From assembly GCA_029239975.1 (NCBI GenBank), contig JARBTX010000002.1:2482-66481 (forward strand): a DNA stretch of 64,000 nucleotides, written 5' to 3'. Position 1 is the stretch's first letter, and each line of letters starts with the position of its first letter. The translations under genes were made by a program, and so were the position numbers. Below are positions 1 to 9,450 of this stretch, piece after piece. Source of the DNA: Anaerocolumna sp. GTDB lineage: Bacteria; Bacillota; Clostridia; Lachnospirales; Lachnospiraceae. Under the pieces are notes generated by a model. It searched no databases, was not told where the DNA came from, and saw nothing but the letters and a program-made list of their open reading frames with translations.

Positions 1-1
1 A

Positions 2-661
2 CCTATGGCAAGATTATCATCCTTAATGGGAGTACCATTAACGTATGTTTTGACACATGACAGTATAGGTGTTGGTGAAGATGGACCAACTCATGAACCT
101 ATAGAACAATTAGCTATGTTACGTGCAATGCCAAACTTTACTGTATTTAGACCAGCTGATGCAACTGAAACAATAGCAGGATGGTATTATGCAATTACTT
201 CAACTAAAACTCCAACTGCATTGGTATTAACTCGTCAAAACTTATCACAACTACCAGGTTCAAGTAAAGATGCCTTAAAAGGTGGATATGTTGTAGACGA
301 CTCTTCAAAAGAAGTACCAGATGCAATACTTTTAGCTAGCGGTTCAGAAGTTGAATTAAGTGTAAGCGCTAAAAAAGAATTACTTAAGGAAGGCATTGAT
401 GTAAGAGTAGTAAGTATGCCATCTATGGAGCTTTTTGAACAACAAACTACTGAATACAAAGAAAGTGTATTGCCTAAGGATGTAAGAGCAAGAGTTGCTG
501 TTGAAGCTGCCATTGACTTTGGTTGGGGTAAATATGTTGGTCTTGATGGAGCATATGTGACTATGAAGGGATTTGGAGCATCTGCACCAGCAGCTGAGTT
601 ATTTAAGAAGTTTGGATTTACAACAGAAAATGTTGTAGCAACTGTTAAATCAATAATTTAA
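2..661 (+). CDS. tkt: Transketolase, C-terminal part (5' end outside window)
   Basis: THDSIGVGEDGPTHEPIEQLA motif, VFRPAD, FGASAPA. Confidence 0.97.
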   Translation, partial: PMARLSSLMGVPLTYVLTHDSIGVGEDGPTHEPIEQLAMLRAMPNFTVFRPADATETIAGWYYAITSTKTPTALVLTRQNLSQLPGSSKDALKGGYVVDDSSKEVPDAILLASGSEVELSVSAKKELLKEGIDVRVVSMPSMELFEQQTTEYKESVLPKDVRARVAVEAAIDFGWGKYVGLDGAYVTMKGFGASAPAAELFKKFGFTTENVVATVKSII

Positions 662-688
662 TGTAAAATAAATAAGTGCTATACTAAT

Positions 689-720
689 AAAAGTAGAGAT
701 TTTATAAATCTCTACTTTTT
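689..720 (+). terminator. Intrinsic terminator after tkt
   Basis: aaaagtagagatt/aatctctactttt stem running into a T-tract. Confidence 0.85.
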
Positions 721-750
721 ATTATATTAAATTATAAAAAATAAATTACT

Positions 751-800
751 AGATAGATTTAAATAAATAAAGAGATAGATTTAAATAAATAAAGAGATAG
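751..800. repeat. 22-bp tandem duplication (~2.3 copies)
   Basis: agatagatttaaataaataaag at 751 and 773, partial copy at 795. Confidence 0.9.
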
Positions 801-970
801 ACTTATATATAAATAACTATATTATTTATATGAAGTTAATTTAAGCTAGTTAGATTAGTATGTAAGATTTTAGATTAAGTTATATTATTGCGATTTTACA
901 TATTGAATCGGAGTACATAAAGTATTGATATATCTATGGAACGGAAATTGACTTTATATATTGAACTCTT

Positions 971-1025
971 TCTAATGAAACTTTAATATATAGTTATTGA
1001 AAAATAATAACAGAACCGATAGAAT
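971..1025 (+). promoter_or_regulatory. Putative sigmaA promoter with upstream 11-bp-period direct repeat (possible OmpR-family autoregulatory site)
   Basis: TTGAAA(997)-17-TAGAAT(1020); tctaat(971)/tttaat(982). Confidence 0.4.
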
Positions 1026-1063
1026 AAAATTAGATAATTTTTGTTAATAGGAGGAGTATAGTA

Positions 1064-1747
1064 ATGGCTAAGATTCTAATAGTAGAAGATGAAAGTAAGA
1101 TAGCACGTTTTGTTGAACTTGAACTTAAGTATGAGGGGTATGATGTTGAAATTGCAGCAGATGGTAGAACAGGATTAGAAAAAGCTTTGCATAGTGATAT
1201 AGATTTAGTTTTACTAGATATAATGTTACCAGGTATCAGTGGTATTGAAGTATGTAGACGAATTCGATTAGAATCTGCAGTTCCTATTATAATGCTTACA
1301 GCAAAAGATGATGTAACTGATAAAGTCGTAGGTCTTGATATGGGGGCTGATGATTATATGACCAAGCCATTTGCTATTGAAGAATTATTAGCAAGAATAC
1401 GAGTAGCTTTAAATAGACATTCAAAAATAGTTCAACCTAAAGTTGATGTTTTACAAATGGGAGAACTTAAATTAAATCTTACAAGTCATAGTGCATTTTA
1501 TGGAGATGAAGAATTAACATTAACTAAAAAGGAATATGAATTATTAGAGTATTTAATACGAAATAAAAATATAGCTATTACGAGAGAACAGTTATTAAAT
1601 AATGTTTGGGATTACGAATATTTAGGAGATACAAACGTGGTAGATGTATATATACGATATTTAAGACAAAAAATTGATGATAAATATGGTATACGTCTAA
1701 TTAATACTGTACGAGGGGTAGGTTACATTATAAAGGATGAAAAATAA
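1064..1747 (+). CDS. OmpR/PhoB-family response regulator (ArlR-like)
   Basis: Receiver domain (VEDE, LLDIMLP, KPF) plus winged helix (VDVYIRYLRQKID, TVRGVGY); RBS aggaggag. Confidence 0.96.
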   Translation: MAKILIVEDESKIARFVELELKYEGYDVEIAADGRTGLEKALHSDIDLVLLDIMLPGISGIEVCRRIRLESAVPIIMLTAKDDVTDKVVGLDMGADDYMTKPFAIEELLARIRVALNRHSKIVQPKVDVLQMGELKLNLTSHSAFYGDEELTLTKKEYELLEYLIRNKNIAITREQLLNNVWDYEYLGDTNVVDVYIRYLRQKIDDKYGIRLINTVRGVGYIIKDEK

Positions 1748-3257
1748 ACTTTTAGAGGCACTTAGGCAAATACTTATTAAAATAGTCCTTCCTTTTCGCC
1801 GTAAAAAAGAAGAATGGTTAGGAAACTTTAGATTTTCTATAGCTTTTCGAATATCATTACATTATTTAAAATTACTTTTAATAAACGGTGCAATTTTTAT
1901 GGGTGTTTTTATTGTATTGTTTTTCAGTGCAGAATGGGTTAATAGTAATAAAAAAGCTGATCATATAATGGATAACATTCAGAGGATAATAAATGAGAAT
2001 CCTATAGAAGATAGTATAGATATTGTTAATATAGATTCGCTCGATAGTAATCTTGAATATATAAATCCTTATTATATTGATGGTATAACGCTAAAAATAT
2101 TTGACAAACAGTCAAATAAAATAATCTATAATGATATTAATTTAGATATATCAAATAGTAAGAAAATGTTTAATCATATTTATTATGAAAAAGGCTTTAT
2201 TAACTTAAGAACGCATATTATTGTATTTGAAGAAAAGCAAATTGTGACTGATAACAATGTCTTTCAAGTATATTTTCAATATGATTTATCAGAAAGCAAG
2301 GAAAAATTGCAATGGTTATTAATAGCAATGACTATATTATATTTGATTTTAGTTTATATAATTATTAGGCAAGGTAAAAAAAGTGATCAGAAGTTATTAC
2401 AACCACTTCAAGATATGTCAGCGACTGCTAATCGTTTAACAGTGAATAATCTTCATAGTCAAAGATTAAATGTTGAAGGTACTAAAAATGAGTTAAAAGA
2501 CTTAGCTAGTGTTATTAATAAAATGCTTGACCGAATTGAAATATCATACGAAAGTCAAAAACAATTTGTTTCAGATGCTTCACATGAACTTCGAACACCT
2601 ATTGCAGTAATTCAAGGCTATGGAAACCTTTTAAATAGATGGGGAACTAAAGATGAGGAAGTTTTATTAGAATCTATAGAGGCTATTAATAATGAAGCTA
2701 AATCTATGCAAGATTTAGTTGAAAAGTTATTATTCCTATCTAGGCATGATAAAAAGACATTAAAACTAGAAAAGTCCAAGTTTAATATGTGTAATGTGGT
2801 TGAAGATATGGTAAAAGAAACTAGGCTTGTAACAACAAATAGAGTTATTGAAAGCCCAATTCTTCAAGATGTAATAGTATATGGGGATAAGCAAGCTTTA
2901 AAGCAGGCGATTCGTGTATTAATCGATAATGCCGTAAAATATACAAAAGATGGAGATACTATTTCTATTAGTTGTGCAAATGACGATGGAGATTGTGTTA
3001 TTACTGTAAGTGATACTGGAATTGGTATGACTAAAAAAGACGTTGATAATATATTTGAACGTTTTTATCGATCCGATCAAGTTAGAAATGAAAAAATATA
3101 TGGTCATGGTTTAGGATTATCAATAGCTAAATTAATTATATTAGGACATACTGGAAGAATAAAAGTACGTTCACAACTTACGAAAGGGACATCATTTACC
3201 ATTACTTTACCATGGAGATTTGAACGAAAAATTGAGTATAAAGCGGAAAGAAATTAA
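1737..3257 (+). CDS. HAMP/HisKA sensor histidine kinase
   Basis: Two TM segments, DASHELRTP H-box, NAVKY, DTGIG, GLGLSIAK; overlaps the regulator gene. Confidence 0.96.
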   Translation: MKNKLLEALRQILIKIVLPFRRKKEEWLGNFRFSIAFRISLHYLKLLLINGAIFMGVFIVLFFSAEWVNSNKKADHIMDNIQRIINENPIEDSIDIVNIDSLDSNLEYINPYYIDGITLKIFDKQSNKIIYNDINLDISNSKKMFNHIYYEKGFINLRTHIIVFEEKQIVTDNNVFQVYFQYDLSESKEKLQWLLIAMTILYLILVYIIIRQGKKSDQKLLQPLQDMSATANRLTVNNLHSQRLNVEGTKNELKDLASVINKMLDRIEISYESQKQFVSDASHELRTPIAVIQGYGNLLNRWGTKDEEVLLESIEAINNEAKSMQDLVEKLLFLSRHDKKTLKLEKSKFNMCNVVEDMVKETRLVTTNRVIESPILQDVIVYGDKQALKQAIRVLIDNAVKYTKDGDTISISCANDDGDCVITVSDTGIGMTKKDVDNIFERFYRSDQVRNEKIYGHGLGLSIAKLIILGHTGRIKVRSQLTKGTSFTITLPWRFERKIEYKAERN

Positions 3258-3326
3258 TGTAATAAGTTTATTAATATAAATAAACAGATTATTTTTATGT
3301 CAGTTATTTATATTACGTAATAGAAG

Positions 3327-3396
3327 AAAAACACTAAAAAATACTAAGATAAATGTATTCTGAAAATTTTATCTTAGTATTTTATTAGTGTTTTTT
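3327..3396. terminator. Bidirectional terminator-like long hairpin
   Basis: aaaaacacta..aaaatactaagataaa / tttatcttagtatttt..tagtgttttt between convergent genes. Confidence 0.75.
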
Positions 3397-3418
3397 ATCC
3401 TTGTTAATGTAATTAGAT

Positions 3419-3600
3419 GAGTTATGATTTTGTGTGAGTTTGGTTTTATGTGAGTATGATTTTGTGTGAGTAATGATTTTATGTGAGTAATGATTTTGTG
3501 TGAGTAATGATTTTGTGTGAGTAATGATATTGTGTGAATAATTATTTTGTGAGTAATAACATGGTGTGTGTATTGATTTTACGAGAGTAATAATTTTATG
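3419..3600. repeat. Degenerate ~17-bp tandem array (~11 copies), consensus GAGTAATGATTTTGTGT
   Basis: Directly visible head-to-tail units with no unique spacers. Confidence 0.9.
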
Positions 3601-3629
3601 TTTTATATAAGCTTTTAATTAATAAATTA

Positions 3630-5837
3630 TTATGATGCAATACAATCTTCTTTCTTTTCAATTTTTTGCATTTCAAGTTGTGCGGTTACTAATTTATAAT
3701 AGATTCCTTTTTTCTCTAACAATTCATTATGAGTACCTATTTCTGCTAGATGATGTCCATCTATTACAATTAAGCGATCAGCATTTCTAAGTGTTGATAA
3801 TCTGTGTGCAATAGCAAAAGTAGTACGCCCTTGTGTTAAGCGATCAAGTGCTTGTTGTATTAAATACTCACTTTCAGTATCCAAAGCAGAAGTAGCTTCA
3901 TCTAAAATTAATAATCTTGGATTATTAAGGATTGCTCTTGCAATTGCAATTCGTTGACGTTCTCCACCAGATAGATTATAGCCATGTTCCCCTACATAGG
4001 TATTATATCCATCGGGCATTTTACAGATAAAATCATGGGCATTGGCTGTTTTTGCTGCCATAATAATTTCTTCAATGGTTGCATCTGGTTTTGAAAAACG
4101 TATATTGTTTAAGATAGTACCAGAGAATAAAAAGGTTTCTTGAAGTACTACTCCTATTTGTGAATGAAGAGAGTTTACTTTTAATTGATTTATATTTACT
4201 TCATCAATTAAAATCTCACCTTGATTCACATCATATAAACGCATTATTAAATTAATTAAAGTTGATTTACCAGTACCAGAGGCGCCCACTAAACCAATCA
4301 TTTCACCTTTTTTCACATGAAAATTTATATTCTCTAATACAGGTTCATATGATTTGTAGCCGAAGTGTACATTGTTAAAAGTAATATCGCCATTAATATT
4401 TAGCTCAAGTGCATTCTCGTTATCAGTAATATCAGGTTGCTCATCTAATACATCATAAATTCGCTCTAAGGCAGTAACCATCTGTATAATACGTCTTGGT
4501 AAATGGGTCATCCAATTTAATGGTCCATAAAGTATACTGGTATAAGTTATAAATTGGATTAATTCGCCTGTAGTCATACTACCATGAAGTACATTTAATC
4601 CACCAAAATAAGTGGCAAAATAAATACCAATTCCCATAATAAAAGTTAGCATTGGAGAAAAAATTGCCCAAAATACCTCAAGTTTCTTTTGTGTAATTGC
4701 GAAATCATTTGTTAACTCACCAAAACGATCAGCTTCAGAATTTTCTTTACCAAAAGACTTCACTACACGTATACCAGAGATAACATCTTGTAATGAACTC
4801 TTTATTTTATCGTATTTTATCCATTGATGATGAAACATACGATGTATTTTTTTACGAAATGCCCATGAGATAAATGCTACGACTCCAATAAAAATGGTTG
4901 ATGAAATTGTAAGTTTTACATCCATAATTACCATAAAAATAAAAGCACCACACATAGTAAATAAAGTAGAAAACATATTACTAAAAGCATCTTCCATAAA
5001 CCTACGAATCTCGGTTGTATCATTTACAATACGGTTCATTAAATCACCAGGTTTCCTTGTATTAAGGAAAGACAAAGATAGTATTTGTATCTTTTGATAT
5101 AAGAGGGCTCTCAGATCCATACTAATTCTTGCGCCTAATGATACACACCACCAGTTACGACAAATATTTATTATTATAATAAGCGCTGTTAACCCTAACA
5201 TAATAGATACAAATCTTAGGATATCTGAAGTATCACCTGTTTTTTTTGCGAGTACTTGATCGATAAAACTTTTTTGAATATCTGGCATCATTAAACTTAT
5301 AAAAGAAGATAAAATCATAAACAAGGAAATAGAAAATAATCTAATACGATAGGTCTTACATAGATTCCAAAACTTTCTAAATGTAACCATATGACCATCA
5401 CAATGTGGACATATACTGGTACCAGGTAAAGCTCTTCCACACTTTTCGCATATATATTCACGTTCTTTACTCTCAACTGGTGTTAAATCACCTTTTTTAA
5501 GTAATTCGGCTCCACGTGCAATGTATGCATATCTTGATACATGTTTCATGGAAAATCTGGCTAATAAAATATCAATGCCATTTATAGTAGCAGTTAATGT
5601 TCCGTTATTCACTAAGGATTCACAGCGTATACGTTCGCATTCTTTTAGTGGTATGTTATGCAAAAGATGAAATCCATTTATAACTATGATTCTTGTATTT
5701 GTAACAATTACGTATCCATCAGATATATATGTATGTTCTAATCCAAGGTCATATGGTGCAAGATAGTGGATAGATTCATCTTCAGACATATTAAGTTGTG
5801 GATAAAATCTTTCTGGCAAATCATAATTTAATTTCAT
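3630..5837 (-). CDS. ABC exporter (TMD+NBD) with N-terminal extension ending in a CxxC..CxxC ribbon
   Basis: Walker A GASGTGKS, LSGGERQR, LILDEATS; CEKCGRALPGTSICPHCD before TM1. Confidence 0.93.
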   Translation of the reverse strand: MKLNYDLPERFYPQLNMSEDESIHYLAPYDLGLEHTYISDGYVIVTNTRIIVINGFHLLHNIPLKECERIRCESLVNNGTLTATINGIDILLARFSMKHVSRYAYIARGAELLKKGDLTPVESKEREYICEKCGRALPGTSICPHCDGHMVTFRKFWNLCKTYRIRLFSISLFMILSSFISLMMPDIQKSFIDQVLAKKTGDTSDILRFVSIMLGLTALIIIINICRNWWCVSLGARISMDLRALLYQKIQILSLSFLNTRKPGDLMNRIVNDTTEIRRFMEDAFSNMFSTLFTMCGAFIFMVIMDVKLTISSTIFIGVVAFISWAFRKKIHRMFHHQWIKYDKIKSSLQDVISGIRVVKSFGKENSEADRFGELTNDFAITQKKLEVFWAIFSPMLTFIMGIGIYFATYFGGLNVLHGSMTTGELIQFITYTSILYGPLNWMTHLPRRIIQMVTALERIYDVLDEQPDITDNENALELNINGDITFNNVHFGYKSYEPVLENINFHVKKGEMIGLVGASGTGKSTLINLIMRLYDVNQGEILIDEVNINQLKVNSLHSQIGVVLQETFLFSGTILNNIRFSKPDATIEEIIMAAKTANAHDFICKMPDGYNTYVGEHGYNLSGGERQRIAIARAILNNPRLLILDEATSALDTESEYLIQQALDRLTQGRTTFAIAHRLSTLRNADRLIVIDGHHLAEIGTHNELLEKKGIYYKLVTAQLEMQKIEKKEDCIAS

Positions 5838-5855
5838 TAACTCCCCTCCAGTATA

Positions 5856-6425
5856 TTATATAAATAAATCCAATTTTTTAAGTTCTATAGCAGAAAAAGT
5901 ATTAATATCTGGTATTTCAAAACGATTTCCATCTAAATCAGTGATTAATAAACGTGTATCGGTTAAAGTAACAACAGATCCCCCACCCATATGTATTGTA
6001 AATCTACATGCCCCATAATTGGTTAAGACATCAAAATATGCATAACCGTATTCATCCTTAATATCAATAATTTTAGTTATAATTGGAGTGAAATACCTTA
6101 TTTGTAATTGTTCAAGTAACATAGTCGCTTGATCTTTATCTAGATCTGTTAAAGCTTTTATAATTCCAATTTCACGAGCCTTTTCGTTTGGTTCTCGGAT
6201 GGAGATATAATTATCAGGTTGTGTAAATGGAAAAGTACGGTATACACTTACGCGGTCATATTTTTTTTCACCATATTCTAGTGATACAAATCCACCTTCT
6301 GTCCTATTAAAGGTGCAATTATCTTTAGTTAAATATCGTAATTCTAAAATGTCTTCTGATTGCTCATCCATAGCATCTTCAATAGATGAGTATTCTTTAT
6401 CAAATTCTTTTAATTCATTATTCAT
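5856..6425 (-). CDS. DUF1854-like protein
   Basis: RTFPFTQPDNYISI, RYFTPII, V.TNYG, LITDLDGNRFEIPD pattern; lies between two ABC exporters. Confidence 0.8.
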   Translation of the reverse strand: MNNELKEFDKEYSSIEDAMDEQSEDILELRYLTKDNCTFNRTEGGFVSLEYGEKKYDRVSVYRTFPFTQPDNYISIREPNEKAREIGIIKALTDLDKDQATMLLEQLQIRYFTPIITKIIDIKDEYGYAYFDVLTNYGACRFTIHMGGGSVVTLTDTRLLITDLDGNRFEIPDINTFSAIELKKLDLFI

Positions 6426-6528
6426 ATATAAACTCCATTCTCTAACCCTACTAAACCAGAATTAGTATAAATATATAATAAGCGTAATTTTCAAAAACTT
6501 AGATTTAGCCAAAATAGATTTGTTAATA

Positions 6529-8883
6529 TTAATCCAACCCACGTAAAGCTAAGGCTTTACTTTGTAGTTCCATCAATTTATAGTAAGTTCCTTTTTGTTC
6601 AATCAATTCATCATGTGTTCCGGATTCTGTTAATTTACCATCATCTATTACTACTAATTTATCTGCATTTTTTAACGTAGATAATCTATGTGCAATGGAT
6701 AAAGTGGTTCTTCCTTTTACTAACATATTAAGAGATTTTTGTATTGCTTGCTCCGTTTCAGTGTCAACAGATGCTGTTGCTTCATCTAAAATAAGTATTT
6801 TAGGATCTGCTAAAATGGCTCTAGCAATAGAGATTCTCTGACGTTCTCCACCAGAAAGAGAACGTCCGGAAGAACCAATTATAGTATCATAACCATCTGG
6901 CATTTTACATATAAAATCGTGAGCACTTGCAAGTACGGCAGCGCTGATTATTTCATGCAAAGATGCATCAGGTCTAGCATATGCAATATTTTGGGCAACG
7001 GTTCCCATAAAGATATAAGTTTCTTGAGAAACCATAGCAATATTTTTTCTTAGATCATCAAATGCCATGTCTTTAATTGGAACCCCATCCATCAATATTT
7101 CACCCTCTTGTGGGTCATATAATCGAGATATTAAATTAACTAAAGTTGATTTACCTGCTCCTGAACGTCCTACAACTCCAAGCATTTCACCTGCTTTTAC
7201 TTCAAATGAGATATCTTTTAAAATTGGTTTATTGGGTTCATATCCAAAAGTAACTTTATTTAAAGTGATATCACCTTTTAAGTTTTCTAATTTAATTGGG
7301 TTCGGTTTTTCTTGAATCTCTGGTACAGCATCAATAATCTCAAATATTCTTTGAGCACTATTTATACTGTTAGCCCACCACCTAAAAATGTAAGACAAGA
7401 AATCTAATGGACCGTTTAATTGACCTACATAAGCAACAAATGTAATTAAAATACCAAGTTCCATATTTGTGCTGCTTAATAGAATAGCAGATCCAAACCC
7501 CCATACAACAAAAGAAGCAATATTCTCTACGGTGGAGTACAACGCATAAAAGCGATTATCAAAAGATACTAATGCTAGTTCAGACTTACGAACTTTTTCA
7601 TTGTACTTTGAAAATCTTGTCATTTCACTATTCTCTTGACCAAATGCTTTTACTACTCGGGCTCCAGTTATATTATCATTGATTTGACCATTTAAACTTC
7701 GGCTCGCTCTATGGCGTCTACCATAAAAGCTCCAAAGCCTAGGCAGCAATCGCCAACTAATTAATGTTAAAAAGGGCAGTAGAATCAAAGAGGCAATAGC
7801 TAATTTCCAATTCATAGATATCATTACAATACAAGTTAATATAATGGTTAGTACATTAATAAAAAAGTATGGTAAACCATCAATGAAAAAGTAAGTAACC
7901 TCATTGGCATCGTCAAGGACACGTGTCATTAAGCCACCAGTTTGGCGGCTATTATAAAAACTGATTGATAATTTGCCCATAGAACGAAATACTTGAGATT
8001 TAATTTTGTTAACAACATCTGGAACAATTGTTGCAGTTAATGTACCTTGAATAATTCCTAATAGTTGCATTGTAACTTTTGTTAAAAGCATGGTAATTAC
8101 CACAAATACTAATGCTAAACCAAAACGACCTATAGGAAGATGAAAGATTTTTAAAAATAATTCATTCTTTTTAAGTACTTTATCATAAAGAATGGTACCA
8201 TTTAAGTATGGCCAAACCAAATTAAGTGCAGCAGTTGCTATGTAACAAAGCATCATTATGAACAGCTTGAATTTATATGGAGTAAAATAAGAAAGGGTAC
8301 GAAGAAAAATAGATCGTTTGTCCATGCATTTAGGACATATTTTTCGTTCTTGATCTGGATAAAGGGAACCACATTTAGGACAACATGCATGTTTATTATT
8401 TACTTCAAAATCTTCATTCGCCAACTCTTTGCCATCTTTTATTTTTTGAAATAACTTAATCAATTCATTGAATTCACCAATAAAAGAATTTGAAAATGTA
8501 GATAAAATAACATCATGGTTATCCATGTGTGCATATAGACAACCAGTGCTTACATTCCTTTGAAGTACCAAAGTATCAATCTTTGAACTTTCAAGGATAT
8601 GTATAGAGAAAGTTTGTGAGCTATTATTTATTTGTTTTTTGTATCCAGCAAAAGAATGGATACTATTTTGGATAGGCGGTGCATAAGCCAAGATTAATTT
8701 AGTTTTTGTAAGTAACACAAAACCATCAGTATATACACCTTCATTATTCATGTCAGTTTGAACAGAATATATAACGTCTGCTTTGCGGATACCATAATTA
8801 TATAATGAAGTAGTTAATGATACTGGTAATTTATCATTAACATAAGAAGATGTTATATTCTTCTCATCATTGTTTATATCCAT
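6529..8883 (-). CDS. ABC exporter (TMD+NBD) with N-terminal extension ending in a CxxC..CxxC ribbon
   Basis: GRSGAGKS, LSGGERQR, LILDEATA; CPKCGSLYPDQERKICPKC; RBS ggggagg. Confidence 0.93.
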   Translation of the reverse strand: MDINNDEKNITSSYVNDKLPVSLTTSLYNYGIRKADVIYSVQTDMNNEGVYTDGFVLLTKTKLILAYAPPIQNSIHSFAGYKKQINNSSQTFSIHILESSKIDTLVLQRNVSTGCLYAHMDNHDVILSTFSNSFIGEFNELIKLFQKIKDGKELANEDFEVNNKHACCPKCGSLYPDQERKICPKCMDKRSIFLRTLSYFTPYKFKLFIMMLCYIATAALNLVWPYLNGTILYDKVLKKNELFLKIFHLPIGRFGLALVFVVITMLLTKVTMQLLGIIQGTLTATIVPDVVNKIKSQVFRSMGKLSISFYNSRQTGGLMTRVLDDANEVTYFFIDGLPYFFINVLTIILTCIVMISMNWKLAIASLILLPFLTLISWRLLPRLWSFYGRRHRASRSLNGQINDNITGARVVKAFGQENSEMTRFSKYNEKVRKSELALVSFDNRFYALYSTVENIASFVVWGFGSAILLSSTNMELGILITFVAYVGQLNGPLDFLSYIFRWWANSINSAQRIFEIIDAVPEIQEKPNPIKLENLKGDITLNKVTFGYEPNKPILKDISFEVKAGEMLGVVGRSGAGKSTLVNLISRLYDPQEGEILMDGVPIKDMAFDDLRKNIAMVSQETYIFMGTVAQNIAYARPDASLHEIISAAVLASAHDFICKMPDGYDTIIGSSGRSLSGGERQRISIARAILADPKILILDEATASVDTETEQAIQKSLNMLVKGRTTLSIAHRLSTLKNADKLVVIDDGKLTESGTHDELIEQKGTYYKLMELQSKALALRGLD

Positions 8884-8930
8884 TTAGATACCTCCCCAAA
8901 TACCTTATAGTAAAAAGTTAACTAAAATCA

Positions 8931-8959
8931 ATCATAGAACATTAGTTCTTAATTGTCAA
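8931..8959 (-). promoter_or_regulatory. sigmaA promoter of the ABC/DUF1854 operon
   Basis: Minus strand TTGACA(8959-8954)-17-TATGAT(8936-8931). Confidence 0.7.
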
Positions 8960-8994
8960 TAAATTACCAATAATTTCTTTATTATTATTCCAAT

Positions 8995-9158
8995 CTAAGA
9001 GTCCTTAAGATAAAAATCCTAAGATAAAACGCCTAAGATAAAAATTTAAGATAAACCCCTAAGATAAAACGCCTAAGATAAAACCCTTAAGATAAAACCC
9101 TAAGATTAAAATCCTAAAATAAAAATCTTAATATAAAAAGATCTTAATATAAAAGATC
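8995..9158. repeat. Degenerate 13-15-bp tandem array (~12 copies), core CTAAGATAAAA
   Basis: Directly visible, e.g. cctaagataaaacg cctaagataaaa. Confidence 0.9.
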
Positions 9159-9196
9159 GGTATATCTAAACTATAATTACTTTATCTAGATATACC
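9159..9196. terminator. Hairpin downstream of the ABC exporter pair
   Basis: ggtatatcta / tagatatacc. Confidence 0.4.
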
Positions 9197-9450
9197 AAAA
9201 TCTTATGTTATTTATAAAAATCATTAAAAATTCTGTTTGAATACAAGTAAGCTATTGATTTTATATAAATTGATAATTATAAAGCAAATTCCTTTAAACG
9301 ATTCCAATTATAAAAAAGATTGTATAAATAAATTACAATTTTCAATATAGATTACATCAAAAAGATAACAAATAAAAACAAAATATTTTTAAAGGTAGTA
9401 CATTTAAATTATATAGTTTAAACATTTTATAATATTTACTGTTTGAAACA

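Noticed and set aside
3419-3600. Tandem arrays (also 8995, 42095, 59859) as CRISPR arrays
   Set aside because: Units are 12-17 bp, head-to-tail, with no unique 30-40-bp spacers and no cas genes in the window
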